Below the pieces are notes generated by a model that was not told the origin of the DNA, did no database searches, and was given only the letters and a program-made list of their open reading frames with translations. From assembly GCA_043805355.1 (NCBI GenBank), contig JAZDIB010000016.1, positions 1-38,668 on the forward strand: DNA of 38,668 bases. The letters are read 5' to 3'. The stretch comes from Patescibacteria group bacterium. Lineage in GTDB: Bacteria > Patescibacteriota > Patescibacteriia > 2-12-FULL-60-25. The first letter of the stretch is position 1; the number at the start of each line of letters is the position of its first letter. This document shows, piece by piece, positions 1 to 7,555 of the stretch. The translations under genes and the position numbers were made by a program.

Positions 1-46
1 CATCGAGACGACGAGGATGAGTTGGATCAGCATATATGACCGTTTT

Positions 47-123
47 CTCCCCCTTACGAAGGGGGAGTTAGAGGGGGTTCAGCGGTCGAAACCTCCCCTA
101 ACCCCTCCTTCGTAAGGAGGGGG
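47..123. repeat. Imperfect 77-nt G/C-rich palindromic element made of two inverted units, each folding into its own 9-bp hairpin (REP-like or terminator-like)
   Basis: 47-67 (CTCCCCCTT-ACG-AAGGGGGAG) and 102-122 (CCCCTCCTT-CGT-AAGGAGGGG) are each perfect 9-bp stems with 3-nt loops. The inner arms 61-78 and 91-108 are inverted copies with 4 mismatches. The element starts 5 nt after the stop (128-130) of the minus-strand GT2 gene. No U-tract follows on either strand. Confidence 0.6.
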
Positions 124-127
124 ATGG

Positions 128-805
128 CTATCGAGTGAATATCCCGAGGAACAGGTGCCACGCGATGGCGGCGGCGTCCCAGGGCTTCTGGCCTTTCTTG
201 AGCGACTCCTCGGAGTATCGGATGCGGACCGGGACCTCGCGCCATCGGAGCGTCGAGCGCGTGACGAGGCGCAGGATCTCGGAGCAGTGCGCCATGCGGT
301 CCTGATGGAAGTCCACGCGGCGCGCGGCGTCGGCCGTGAGACTGCGGAAGCCGGACTGCGGGTCGGTCACGCGGCGCGGCACGCCGACGGCGAGCGCGTT
401 GAACGTGCGCGCGGCCGCGAGGAGCAGACGTCGCGACATGGGCATGCCCACGGCCTCGCCGAGGAACCGCGATCCGAACACGACGTCGGCCTCGCCGGCC
501 GCGAGAGGCGCGAGGAGCGCGGGGATGGATGCGGGGTCGTGCTGGCCGTCCGCGTCGATATGCAGGATGGCCTCGGCGCCGAGCCGAAGGGCCGCCTGGG
601 TCCCGGTCTTGAGCGCCGCGCCCTGTCCGCGGTTCAGCCGATGGCGCACCACGATGGCTCCCGCCTCTTTCGCGGCCTCCGCCGTCCGGTCCCCGGACCC
701 GTCGTCCACGACCACGGCCGCGGACACGTACGGCAAGACGCCGCGCACGGTCTCGCCGATGCGCGTCTCCTCCCGAAACCCGGGGATGACCGCGATGACC
801 TTCAC
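128..805 (-). CDS. Family 2 glycosyltransferase, polyprenyl-phosphate sugar transferase type (DPM1/GtrB/ArnC-like)
   Basis: 225-aa ORF with a GTG start. N-terminus MKVIAVIPGF, VVVDDGSGDRT, and the HIDADGQHDP (DxD) motif typical of GT2 enzymes. No membrane-spanning C-terminus is obvious. Confidence 0.85.
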   Translation of the reverse strand: MKVIAVIPGFREETRIGETVRGVLPYVSAAVVVDDGSGDRTAEAAKEAGAIVVRHRLNRGQGAALKTGTQAALRLGAEAILHIDADGQHDPASIPALLAPLAAGEADVVFGSRFLGEAVGMPMSRRLLLAAARTFNALAVGVPRRVTDPQSGFRSLTADAARRVDFHQDRMAHCSEILRLVTRSTLRWREVPVRIRYSEESLKKGQKPWDAAAIAWHLFLGIFTR

Positions 806-845
806 GAGGGGTACCTTACGCGAAAACGCGGGTTTTGTGCAGGGG

Positions 846-1871
846 TCACCCCGCCTTGAAGCCCAGGAGGCCTTTATGCGCCACGGTGTAGTCGATGGTC
901 TTCTTCAGGCCGTCGTCGAGGCCCACGAGCGGCAGCCAGCCGAGCGTGTCCTTGGCCTTGGTGAGGTCGGGCAGGCCGAGCTGGGTCATGAACATGAGCG
1001 GAGGCTCGAACCGGACCTTGGAACTGGAGCCGGTCATTTCGATGATGCGCTGGGCCACATCCACGATAGGCACGTCCAAGTCGCTCCCCAGGTTCACGGC
1101 TCCGAGGCCGGGCGCCGCAGCCATCATCTTCATCATCCCGTCCACGATGTCGCTCACGTAGATGAGCGTCGTGCGGAACGTCTCGTCTCCGTAGATGGTC
1201 AGGTCCTTGTTGTCGAGCGCGTCCATGATGAAGTCCGGGATCATGTGCCCGTCATACAGCGGCATGCGCGGCCCATACGTCCGGAAGATGCGCGCGATGC
1301 GCACGTCCAGCTTGTGGACCTGCGCGTACGTGGCGCACGCCGTCTCGGCGAAGCGTTTGCCCTCGTCGTAGCACGACCGCTCGTTCGTGAGGTCCACGGC
1401 GCCGTATTCCTCCTCCTTGAACGCATGCCCGTCCTTCGGGCGCGGGCCGTACACCACCGAGGTCGACGCGTGCAGGACCTTTGCCTTGTGCTTCACGGCG
1501 AGGTCGAGGACGTTCCGCATCCCGATGGAGTTCGCGTACAGCGTCTGCATCTTGAACTGGTCGAACTTCTTGGGGCTCGTCGGGCACGCGAGGTGGTAGA
1601 TCTCCTGGACGCCCTGGAACTTCAGCTTGAAGCGCGCGAGCTCCGGGAACGCGTCGAGGTCGAACGGCGCGTTGATGTCCTGGCGGATGAACTCGAAGTC
1701 CGGGTTCTTGAGCAGGAGGTCGATATTCGATTCCTGGGACGTGACGAACGTGTCCAGGCAGATGACGCGCGCGTTCGCCGCGAGCAACCTCTCGCACAGG
1801 AGCGACCCGATGACGCCCGCGCCGCCCGTGACCAGCACGTTCGGCTTATCGAAGATGGGGACGACAGGCAT
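846..1871 (-). CDS. UDP-glucuronate decarboxylase-like extended SDR (UXS/ArnA-C-terminal type), paralog 1
   Basis: Internal ATG at 1871 of track ORF 846-2603; the upstream 244 codons are R/H-rich junk overlapping the next gene. Motifs VLVTGGAGVIGS, CYDEGKRFAE (YxxxK) and IFRTYGPRM. Its start lies 2 nt after the stop of the upstream paralog. Confidence 0.85.
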   Translation of the reverse strand: MPVVPIFDKPNVLVTGGAGVIGSLLCERLLAANARVICLDTFVTSQESNIDLLLKNPDFEFIRQDINAPFDLDAFPELARFKLKFQGVQEIYHLACPTSPKKFDQFKMQTLYANSIGMRNVLDLAVKHKAKVLHASTSVVYGPRPKDGHAFKEEEYGAVDLTNERSCYDEGKRFAETACATYAQVHKLDVRIARIFRTYGPRMPLYDGHMIPDFIMDALDNKDLTIYGDETFRTTLIYVSDIVDGMMKMMAAAPGLGAVNLGSDLDVPIVDVAQRIIEMTGSSSKVRFEPPLMFMTQLGLPDLTKAKDTLGWLPLVGLDDGLKKTIDYTVAHKGLLGFKAG

Positions 1872-1873
1872 AT

Positions 1874-2890
1874 TCAGAAGGTGATGAGGTGTCGATGAGA
1901 TTTGGCGTACTCGATCATCTTGCGCAGGCCATCGTCGAGACGGACGAGCGGGATCCACCCGAGGATCTCGCGGGCGCGCGTGATGTCGGGCATGGGTGCC
2001 TCCGTGGCGTACGGTCCGGGCGGCTCGAAGCGGACGCGCGAGGAGGAGCCGGCGATCTCGATGATCTTCTGCGCGACGGACACGAGGCGATAGTCCGCGT
2101 CGGACCCGAGGTTCATGAGCGTGACGTCGATGGGCGTCGCCATGAGACGGATGAGTCCGTCCACGATATCGCTCACGTAGGTCGGCGCGATGCGCGTCTC
2201 CTCGTCGCCGGTCAGGACCACGTCGCGGTTCTCGAGCGCGTTCAGGATCATGTCCGGCATCAGGTTGCCGTCGAAGATCTTCATGCGCGGGCCGTACGTC
2301 CGGAAGATGCGCGCGATCTTCACGTCGAAGCCGTACACGTCGGCATAGGTCTGGAGGATGGCTTCGGAGAAGCGTTTGCCCTCGTCGTAGGCGCCGCGCG
2401 TCGTGAGGTGATCCAACCGGCACGCATCCGTCTCGCGGGCATGTTCCCCGTTCACGCGCGGCCCGTAGAGGACGCTCGACGAGGCGTAGAGCACCTTCGC
2501 ATGATGCGCGACGGCGAGGTCGAGCACGTTCTTGACGCCGATGGAATTGGTGAGGATGGTCGCGATCTTGAAGTCGTCGAAGTGCCGTTTCGAGATGGGG
2601 CACGCGAGGTGGTGGATTTCCTGGATGCCCTGGAACCGTACCTTGAACCGCTCGAGCTCCGGGAACGCGAGCGGGTCGATTGGCCGCGTGATGTCGTGGT
2701 TGATGAACTCGAAATGCGGGTCCTGCAACAGGTGGTCGATGTTCGCCTCGCCGCTCGTGATGAAGTTGTCGACGCAGATGACGTTCGCGTCCTTCACGAG
2801 GCGGTCGCAGAGGTGGGAGCCGATGAAGCCCGCACCTCCGGTGACCAGGACGTTCCGCCGCTCGAAGATCTGTTCGGACATAGGGATCAC
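1874..2890 (-). CDS. UDP-glucuronate decarboxylase-like extended SDR, paralog 2
   Basis: Motifs VLVTGGAGFIGS, AYDEGKRFSE and IFRTYGPRM. About half the positions look identical to paralog 1 by eye. The GTG start at 2890 gives a GTGA overlap with the GtrA stop; an alternative ATG is at 2881. Confidence 0.85.
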   Translation of the reverse strand: MIPMSEQIFERRNVLVTGGAGFIGSHLCDRLVKDANVICVDNFITSGEANIDHLLQDPHFEFINHDITRPIDPLAFPELERFKVRFQGIQEIHHLACPISKRHFDDFKIATILTNSIGVKNVLDLAVAHHAKVLYASSSVLYGPRVNGEHARETDACRLDHLTTRGAYDEGKRFSEAILQTYADVYGFDVKIARIFRTYGPRMKIFDGNLMPDMILNALENRDVVLTGDEETRIAPTYVSDIVDGLIRLMATPIDVTLMNLGSDADYRLVSVAQKIIEIAGSSSRVRFEPPGPYATEAPMPDITRAREILGWIPLVRLDDGLRKMIEYAKSHRHLITF

Positions 2891-3363
2891 GCCGATTGTA
2901 CCACGTCCGTCCGGCGTTTGTAGGGATCCGCGTGGAAGGTGAAGAGCCGATGAGTGACGAACGTGAACATGCTCACGAGCCCCGTCACGAAGACGATGAC
3001 GATGAGGTCGTACACCTTGAAGATCTCATGGCCGACGTAGAAGAGGCTCGCGTCGGCCGCCGCGCCGAACGCGAAGACGGTCAGGTACCGCTTCAAGGAC
3101 CCGGGCGCGGGCTCCTGATGGCCGAAGGTCCAATACCGGTTGCTAAAATAGTTGTAGACCTGCGCGGTGACCAACGCCATCACGTTCTCGATCGTATTCG
3201 GCCCCTCGACCCAGACGTACCGTGAAAGAAGCGTGTACAGTCCAATCTTTAAGAGGACCGTAGAGCCCCCGACGAGCACGAACCGCGAGATAGTTGCCCA
3301 TTCCTTGCGGAGGAGACTGATTGCCCACGAAATCGGGTTCACCATATCGGACGATTCTAGCAT
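2887..3363 (-). CDS. GtrA-family small polytopic membrane protein (lipid-linked sugar translocation family)
   Basis: 158 aa with about four hydrophobic helices. Contains RFVLVGGSTVLL and NRYWTF, typical of the GtrA family. It is the first gene of the minus block 3363 to 128. Confidence 0.75.
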   Translation of the reverse strand: MLESSDMVNPISWAISLLRKEWATISRFVLVGGSTVLLKIGLYTLLSRYVWVEGPNTIENVMALVTAQVYNYFSNRYWTFGHQEPAPGSLKRYLTVFAFGAAADASLFYVGHEIFKVYDLIVIVFVTGLVSMFTFVTHRLFTFHADPYKRRTDVVQSA

Positions 3364-3434
3364 GGGGCCGCGGACCGTGCGACCGCCCCGCAGACCTACC
3401 CAAATATGCGATTTCGTGCCAGGATGGGCGCGAT
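3364..3434. promoter_or_regulatory. Divergent intergenic region between the GtrA gene and the sugar phosphotransferase gene (promoters presumed, no hexamers resolved)
   Basis: 71-nt gap between two divergently oriented start codons (3363 minus, 3435 plus). I could not identify convincing -35/-10 hexamers. Confidence 0.3.
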
Positions 3435-4808
3435 ATGTTCCGTTCCGGCCTTCGGGTCAAACGCCTCGTGCTCGTCGCGGGCGACCTCCTCATCTTCCAG
3501 GGAGCCCTGCTCCTGACCTTGTGGTTGCGCTATGGCGCCGTGGAGCGCCACGTCTGGAATGCCCACGCCGTCCCCTTCGGCATCGTCAGCCTCCTCTGGG
3601 TCATCGGGTCCTACATCGCGGGCCTGTACGATTTGGGCGTTCTGAAGAACGGCGTCCGCTTCTTCCGGCTCTATCTCGAGGGGATGATCGCCAACCTCGC
3701 GGTCGCGCTCGCCTTCTTCTACCTCGTCCCGGTCTTCGGCATCGAGCCGCGCACCAACCTCTTCCTGTATTTCGCCATCACGCTCCTGCTCGGTTACGGC
3801 TGGCGTCTCGCCTACAACCGGTTCGTGACCAACGCGATGTTCCGCAACCGCGTCCTGTTCGTGGGCTCCGGCGCCGACGCGGCCAAAGTCAAGTCGCTCC
3901 TCGTACGGTCGTCCAGCGGCCTCGAGCTCGTCGCCGTCGTCGAGACCTACCCGGGCACGCGCTTCGACGACGACCGCATCACGTGGCACTTCTCGGTGGA
4001 CGCGCTCGACCGCGTCATCGTGGACCAACGCATCCACACCATCCTGCTCGGGCATCGTCCCGACGAGGTCCCGAACCTCCGTGACGCGCTGTACCGGACC
4101 ATCTTCACGCCCGTCGAGCTCGTGAACCGCACGGCGCTCGAGGAGGCGCTGACGGGACGCGTCCCGCTCGAGTACGTCTCCGAGACCTGGTTCCTCGAAC
4201 ACCTCCGCGAGAACGAGAAGACCTGGTATGAGGCCATGAAGCGCATCATCGACATCGTCCTCGCCGTCCCGGTCGGCCTCGTCGCGCTCGTCCTCTACCC
4301 GTTCGTCGCACTCTCCATCAAGCTGTCGTCGAAGGGACCGGTCCTCTACTCCCAAGTCCGCATCGGCAAGATGGGCAAGCCGTTCCGCATCTGGAAATTC
4401 CGGACCATGCGCCAGGACGCCGAAGCCGAGGGGCGTCCGGTCTGGGCCATGGAGAGCGATCCTCGCGTGACGCGCGTCGGCTCCTTCCTCCGCAAGACGC
4501 GCATCGACGAACTGCCGCAAATTTGGAACGTGCTGAAGGGCGAGATGTCGCTCATCGGCCCGCGTCCCGAGCGTCCGGAATTCGTCGAGGCCCTCACACG
4601 CGAGATGCCCTACTACACCCTCCGCCACCTGACGCGCCCGGGCCTCACGGGATGGGCGCAGGTGAAGTTCCCGTACGCCGGCACGCTCGAGGACAACCTC
4701 CAAAAGCTGCAATACGACCTCTACTACATCAAACACCGTTCCCTCTTCCTGGACATCGCCATCCTCCTGCGGACGATCGGCATCGTCCTCCGCAGAAAAG
4801 GGACGTAA
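3435..4808 (+). CDS. Polyprenyl-phosphate glycosyl-1-phosphate transferase (large WbaP/WcaJ-type bacterial sugar transferase), initiating enzyme
   Basis: ATG at 3435 inside track ORF 3321-4808. N-terminal TM helices, a central domain, and a C-terminal Bac_transf signature: GPVLYSQVRIGKMGKPFRIWKFRTM and DELPQIWNVLKGEMSLIGPRPERPEF. Confidence 0.92.
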   Translation: MFRSGLRVKRLVLVAGDLLIFQGALLLTLWLRYGAVERHVWNAHAVPFGIVSLLWVIGSYIAGLYDLGVLKNGVRFFRLYLEGMIANLAVALAFFYLVPVFGIEPRTNLFLYFAITLLLGYGWRLAYNRFVTNAMFRNRVLFVGSGADAAKVKSLLVRSSSGLELVAVVETYPGTRFDDDRITWHFSVDALDRVIVDQRIHTILLGHRPDEVPNLRDALYRTIFTPVELVNRTALEEALTGRVPLEYVSETWFLEHLRENEKTWYEAMKRIIDIVLAVPVGLVALVLYPFVALSIKLSSKGPVLYSQVRIGKMGKPFRIWKFRTMRQDAEAEGRPVWAMESDPRVTRVGSFLRKTRIDELPQIWNVLKGEMSLIGPRPERPEFVEALTREMPYYTLRHLTRPGLTGWAQVKFPYAGTLEDNLQKLQYDLYYIKHRSLFLDIAILLRTIGIVLRRKGT

Positions 4809-4853
4809 GTGAATTCGCGTCCCGACATATAGAACTCCGCGTCCCGAGGTACC

Positions 4854-4924
4854 CCGAGGGATCTTCAAGCGAGACGCAGCCCTTCGACCGACATGCCGCT
4901 GCAGTATATTTGAAGATCCTTCGG
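4854..4924. terminator. Long stem-loop in the convergent intergenic region (possible bidirectional terminator or structured RNA)
   Basis: 4854-4868 pairs with 4910-4924: 15 bp including one G-T wobble, around a 41-nt loop. It lies between the converging stops at 4806-4808 (plus) and 4959-4961 (minus). There is no U-tract, so it is not a canonical intrinsic terminator. Confidence 0.3.
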
Positions 4925-4958
4925 CTCGCGGACTCGCTCAGGACGCGAACATCACCGC

Positions 4959-5876
4959 TTATCCCTCCGGTTCAATCCCCTGCGACCGCAAGTATTCCCG
5001 CAGCCCTTCCTCGAACGCGACGGACGGTTCCCATCCAATCAGTTCCTTGGTCCGCGTGATGTCCGCCAGGGTGTGGCGTGCTTCGCCGACGCGTCCAGGT
5101 TGCCGTTCGACCGAACCTCCGACGATACGCGCGATGTCGTTGATGGAAAAATTGTTGCCGCCGCCGACGTTCATCACCTCGCCCTTGCCGACGTCCGGCG
5201 ATGCCATCGCGAGCATGTTGGCGCGCACCACGTCCGAGACATGCGTGAAGTCGCGCGTCTGTTCCCCGTCGCCGTGGATGGTGAGCGGCGTCCCGGCCTT
5301 CCGCTGGCGCATGAAGTGCGAGATGACCGTGACGTACGCGCCCTCATCCGCCATGCGCGGGCCGTACACGTTGAAGTACCGGAGCGAGACGGTCTCGAGG
5401 CCGTAGAATTTGGAGAAGTGTTCCGCGTTCTTCTCGCCGACGTACTTGTGCAGGGCGTACGGATTCAAGGGATTCGCCGGCATGTCCGGATGGAGCGGCA
5501 GGGTCTCCTGACTGCCGTACGCGGACGACGACGCGGAATACACGACACGCTTCACCTTTGCGTCGCGCGCCGCGACCAGGACGTTCAGCGTGCCGAAGAT
5601 GTTCGCCTTCGCCGACTCGGCGGGATGGTCGATGGAATACGGGATGCGCGGCAAGGCGCCGACATGGAAGACGCCGTCCACGCCCTCAAAAGCCGGGCGG
5701 ATGGATTCGAGGTCCGTGAAGTCAAGTTCGAACAGCTCCGCGCCTTCCGGTACGTTCGAACGCTTGCCGGTCGAGAAGTTATCGAGGATGCGCACACGAT
5801 GGCCCGCCTTCAAGAGCGCCTCCGCGAGGTTGCTCCCGATGAATCCGGCGCCGCCGGGGATGAGATAGAGGGACAT
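4959..5876 (-). CDS. NAD-dependent nucleotide-sugar 4-epimerase (WbpP/TviC-like extended SDR)
   Basis: ATG at 5876 (MSLYLIPGGAGFIGSNL). Motifs SASSSAYG, YALHKY (YxxxK) and RYFNVYGPR. Starts 1 nt after the stop of the dehydrogenase-like gene upstream. Confidence 0.85.
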   Translation of the reverse strand: MSLYLIPGGAGFIGSNLAEALLKAGHRVRILDNFSTGKRSNVPEGAELFELDFTDLESIRPAFEGVDGVFHVGALPRIPYSIDHPAESAKANIFGTLNVLVAARDAKVKRVVYSASSSAYGSQETLPLHPDMPANPLNPYALHKYVGEKNAEHFSKFYGLETVSLRYFNVYGPRMADEGAYVTVISHFMRQRKAGTPLTIHGDGEQTRDFTHVSDVVRANMLAMASPDVGKGEVMNVGGGNNFSINDIARIVGGSVERQPGRVGEARHTLADITRTKELIGWEPSVAFEEGLREYLRSQGIEPEG

Positions 5877-5877
5877 A

Positions 5878-6723
5878 TCAAGATTTCTTCGGGCTTCCTT
5901 CCTCCCACTGGATGTCGATGCCCTGCGAGGTCTGGAGCGCATTGTTGTACGCTTCGGCCGCCTTGAGCGTCGAGAGGTCCACGCCGAGCGATTCGCCGAG
6001 CTGGATGATGGAGCGCGTATCCTTCGGGAGGCACTTGCCGCCGTAGCCGCGATAGCCCTTGTGGAAGATCTCGAGGTGATGCGTGCCGATCCACGGCTCG
6101 GCCTTCGCGCATTCCTTCACGGCGTCGTAATCGACGTCGAGCTTCGAGCATACGTCGAACATCTGGTTCGCATACGCCACCTTGAGCGCGTAGAACGCGT
6201 TGCCGAAATACTTCACCAGTTCGGCCGCCTTCGCCGGGACGATGCGCTCGAACGACGCGCGCGGCAGGAGCCCCATCACGAGCTCCGCGTCGCGCCGGCT
6301 CTGCGCCGTGAACCCGACGATCTGCCGGTTCGGGTTCTGCATGTCGCGGTCCACGGTCGTCTCGGTGAGGAACTCCGGATTGAAGAGGACACGATGCTGT
6401 GGATACAGCTCCTGAAACCGCTCGGTCGTGCCCGGCAGGATGGTGGACTTGAGGACGACCGTCTTGCCCTCGACCGGGATCGCGTCGAACGCGGCGCGCA
6501 GGAACGAGTCGTCGAAACCGGACCCGTCCAGACCTGCCTGCCGGTCAGGCAGGTAGTACGGCGTCGGGACCGCGATGAAGATCACGTCGGCGTCGGCGAG
6601 GACGGACGCGTCGTCTAGGCCCTTCGGCGGGTCGTAGAGGGCGGGCTCGACGTGCTGGGTCTGGAAATACCGGGCGAGCGCGCCGCCGACCATCCCGGTG
6701 CCTATGATCGCGACTGTTGCCAT
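5878..6723 (-). CDS. Short UDP-glucose/GDP-mannose dehydrogenase-family protein lacking the C-terminal UDP-binding domain
   Basis: ATG at 6723 (MATVAIIGTGMVGGAL, Rossmann motif). NPEFL motif and the catalytic-Cys motif GYGGKCLPKDT are present. Only about 45 residues follow the Cys; 281 aa in total. Confidence 0.8.
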   Translation of the reverse strand: MATVAIIGTGMVGGALARYFQTQHVEPALYDPPKGLDDASVLADADVIFIAVPTPYYLPDRQAGLDGSGFDDSFLRAAFDAIPVEGKTVVLKSTILPGTTERFQELYPQHRVLFNPEFLTETTVDRDMQNPNRQIVGFTAQSRRDAELVMGLLPRASFERIVPAKAAELVKYFGNAFYALKVAYANQMFDVCSKLDVDYDAVKECAKAEPWIGTHHLEIFHKGYRGYGGKCLPKDTRSIIQLGESLGVDLSTLKAAEAYNNALQTSQGIDIQWEEGSPKKS

Positions 6724-6805
6724 GCAAAATCCATGTAACACGGAAACGTGGCTGGATGCAAGGATATGCACGGCCTCGCGGTCATCGAGAGTATCGTGCC
6801 AAACG

Positions 6806-7555
6806 TCAGAGTCCACGGAAATGCTCCATGTTCCGCATGTCGTTCTCGAGCGTCCCGTCTTTCTTCGGCACCTCGAAGATCAGCGAAATCTCCCGGTCGT
6901 TCGAGATCCGTTCGAGCATGCGTTTGACGGCCGCGACGTCGTACGTCGACGTCCAGAGGTCATCATGTTCATCCATCGGATTCGACGCGTCCCCTCCGGA
7001 AATATGGAAATATGACGGTTGAAGCGACCGGAGCCCCTCCTCGAGGAACTCCTGCCACGGCCTCCCCTGGTGCGTCGCGGCCTTCACCGCCTTCTCGATG
7101 TCGAAACAGACGGGCTTCCTGGTCCGGATGGTCGCAAGGTCGTCGAGTCTCTGGCCGAACATGGGGTTCCCGTACAGGTCGAGGCCGGCCATGTTCTCGA
7201 TGAGCATGCGCGGGTCATCGATCTTCGCGAGGTTCTCGAAGAAGGAATCGACCGTATGTGCGAGGCCGGGATGTACGATGATGGAGGTGGCGCGGACAAG
7301 GTCTGCCAGATGCAGCGTCTCGCGCCAGATGACGAGCTGTTCCTCGCCCATGATGAACTCATGGAACCCGCGGTCGGTCGGGGCATGGACCGTCATCGGG
7401 ATGTCACGCAACGGTTCGAGGGCCAACTCGTCGACCGGGACATCCGGGTGATGGGCGAGTTCGATGACATCGAACCGCTTCGCGTCGAAGAGCCGCCGCG
7501 CCTCCGTAAACCACGACGCGTTGTCCGAACGCAGCTTCAGTCCGTATCGGATCAT
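6806..7555 (-). CDS. TIM-barrel protein of the xylose-isomerase-like/AP-endonuclease-2 fold (sugar isomerase/epimerase-like), function unknown
   Basis: ATG at 7555 (MIRYGLKLRS), in an ATGA overlap with the upstream stop. Alternating pattern with VHP, ENM, CFDIEK and HISGG segments resembling the metal-ligand strands of this fold. The assignment is by pattern only. Confidence 0.45.
   Translation of the reverse strand: MIRYGLKLRSDNASWFTEARRLFDAKRFDVIELAHHPDVPVDELALEPLRDIPMTVHAPTDRGFHEFIMGEEQLVIWRETLHLADLVRATSIIVHPGLAHTVDSFFENLAKIDDPRMLIENMAGLDLYGNPMFGQRLDDLATIRTRKPVCFDIEKAVKAATHQGRPWQEFLEEGLRSLQPSYFHISGGDASNPMDEHDDLWTSTYDVAAVKRMLERISNDREISLIFEVPKKDGTLENDMRNMEHFRGL

Noticed and set aside
1-33. 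Possible start of a leftward gene (ATG at 33-31, minus strand, MLIQLILVVSM...)
   Set aside because: Only 11 codons are visible. The hydrophobic start is suggestive of a membrane or secreted protein, but this is far too short to call.
54-245. 63-aa minus-strand ORF ending in ...LLTKEGLGEVSTAEPPLTPPS
   Set aside because: Its 5' part overlaps the GT2 gene out of frame. Its 3' part is simply the translation of the palindromic repeat element at 47-123.
806-845. Small AAAAC-N4-GTTTT and CGCG-AAAA-CGCG hairpins in the 40-nt gap before the GT2 start, as a possible attenuator
   Set aside because: The stems are only 4-5 bp with no U-tract. They cannot be distinguished from chance.
336-1898. 520-aa plus-strand ORF, with similar ones at 155-859 and 1889-2923, overlapping the GT2 and UXS-like genes
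   Set aside because: The translations are dominated by R, A, P, D, E, H and V with no recognisable motifs. They lie exactly antisense to genes with strong family signatures. This is typical of shadow ORFs in G/C-rich DNA.
1872-2603. N-terminal 244 codons of track ORF 846-2603. Similar upstream extensions occur in ORFs 5878-6816, 6806-7702, 7552-8886, 10987-12186, 12364-13524, 16226-17095, 20613-21755 and 33476-34786.
   Set aside because: The extensions are R/H/P-rich and overlap the upstream gene in another frame. In each case an internal ATG coincides with the start of homology and with an ATGA or 1-7-nt junction to the upstream stop codon.
3396-4868. 490-aa minus-strand ORF antisense to the sugar phosphotransferase gene
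   Set aside because: The composition is low-complexity and D/E/R/H/V-rich with no motifs. The plus-strand frame carries a textbook Bac_transf domain.
6733-6761. TTGCAT-17 nt-TTACAT (minus strand) as a promoter in the 82-nt gap upstream of 6723
   Set aside because: The -10 hexamer matches TATAAT at only 3 of 6 positions and would leave a 9-nt leader. This is too weak to list as a feature.
6785-6801. TGGCAC (complement of 6796-6801) resembling a sigma54 -24 element upstream of the dehydrogenase-like gene
   Set aside because: The position where the -12 TTGC element should lie reads TCTC, so the bipartite GG-N10-GC consensus is not met.
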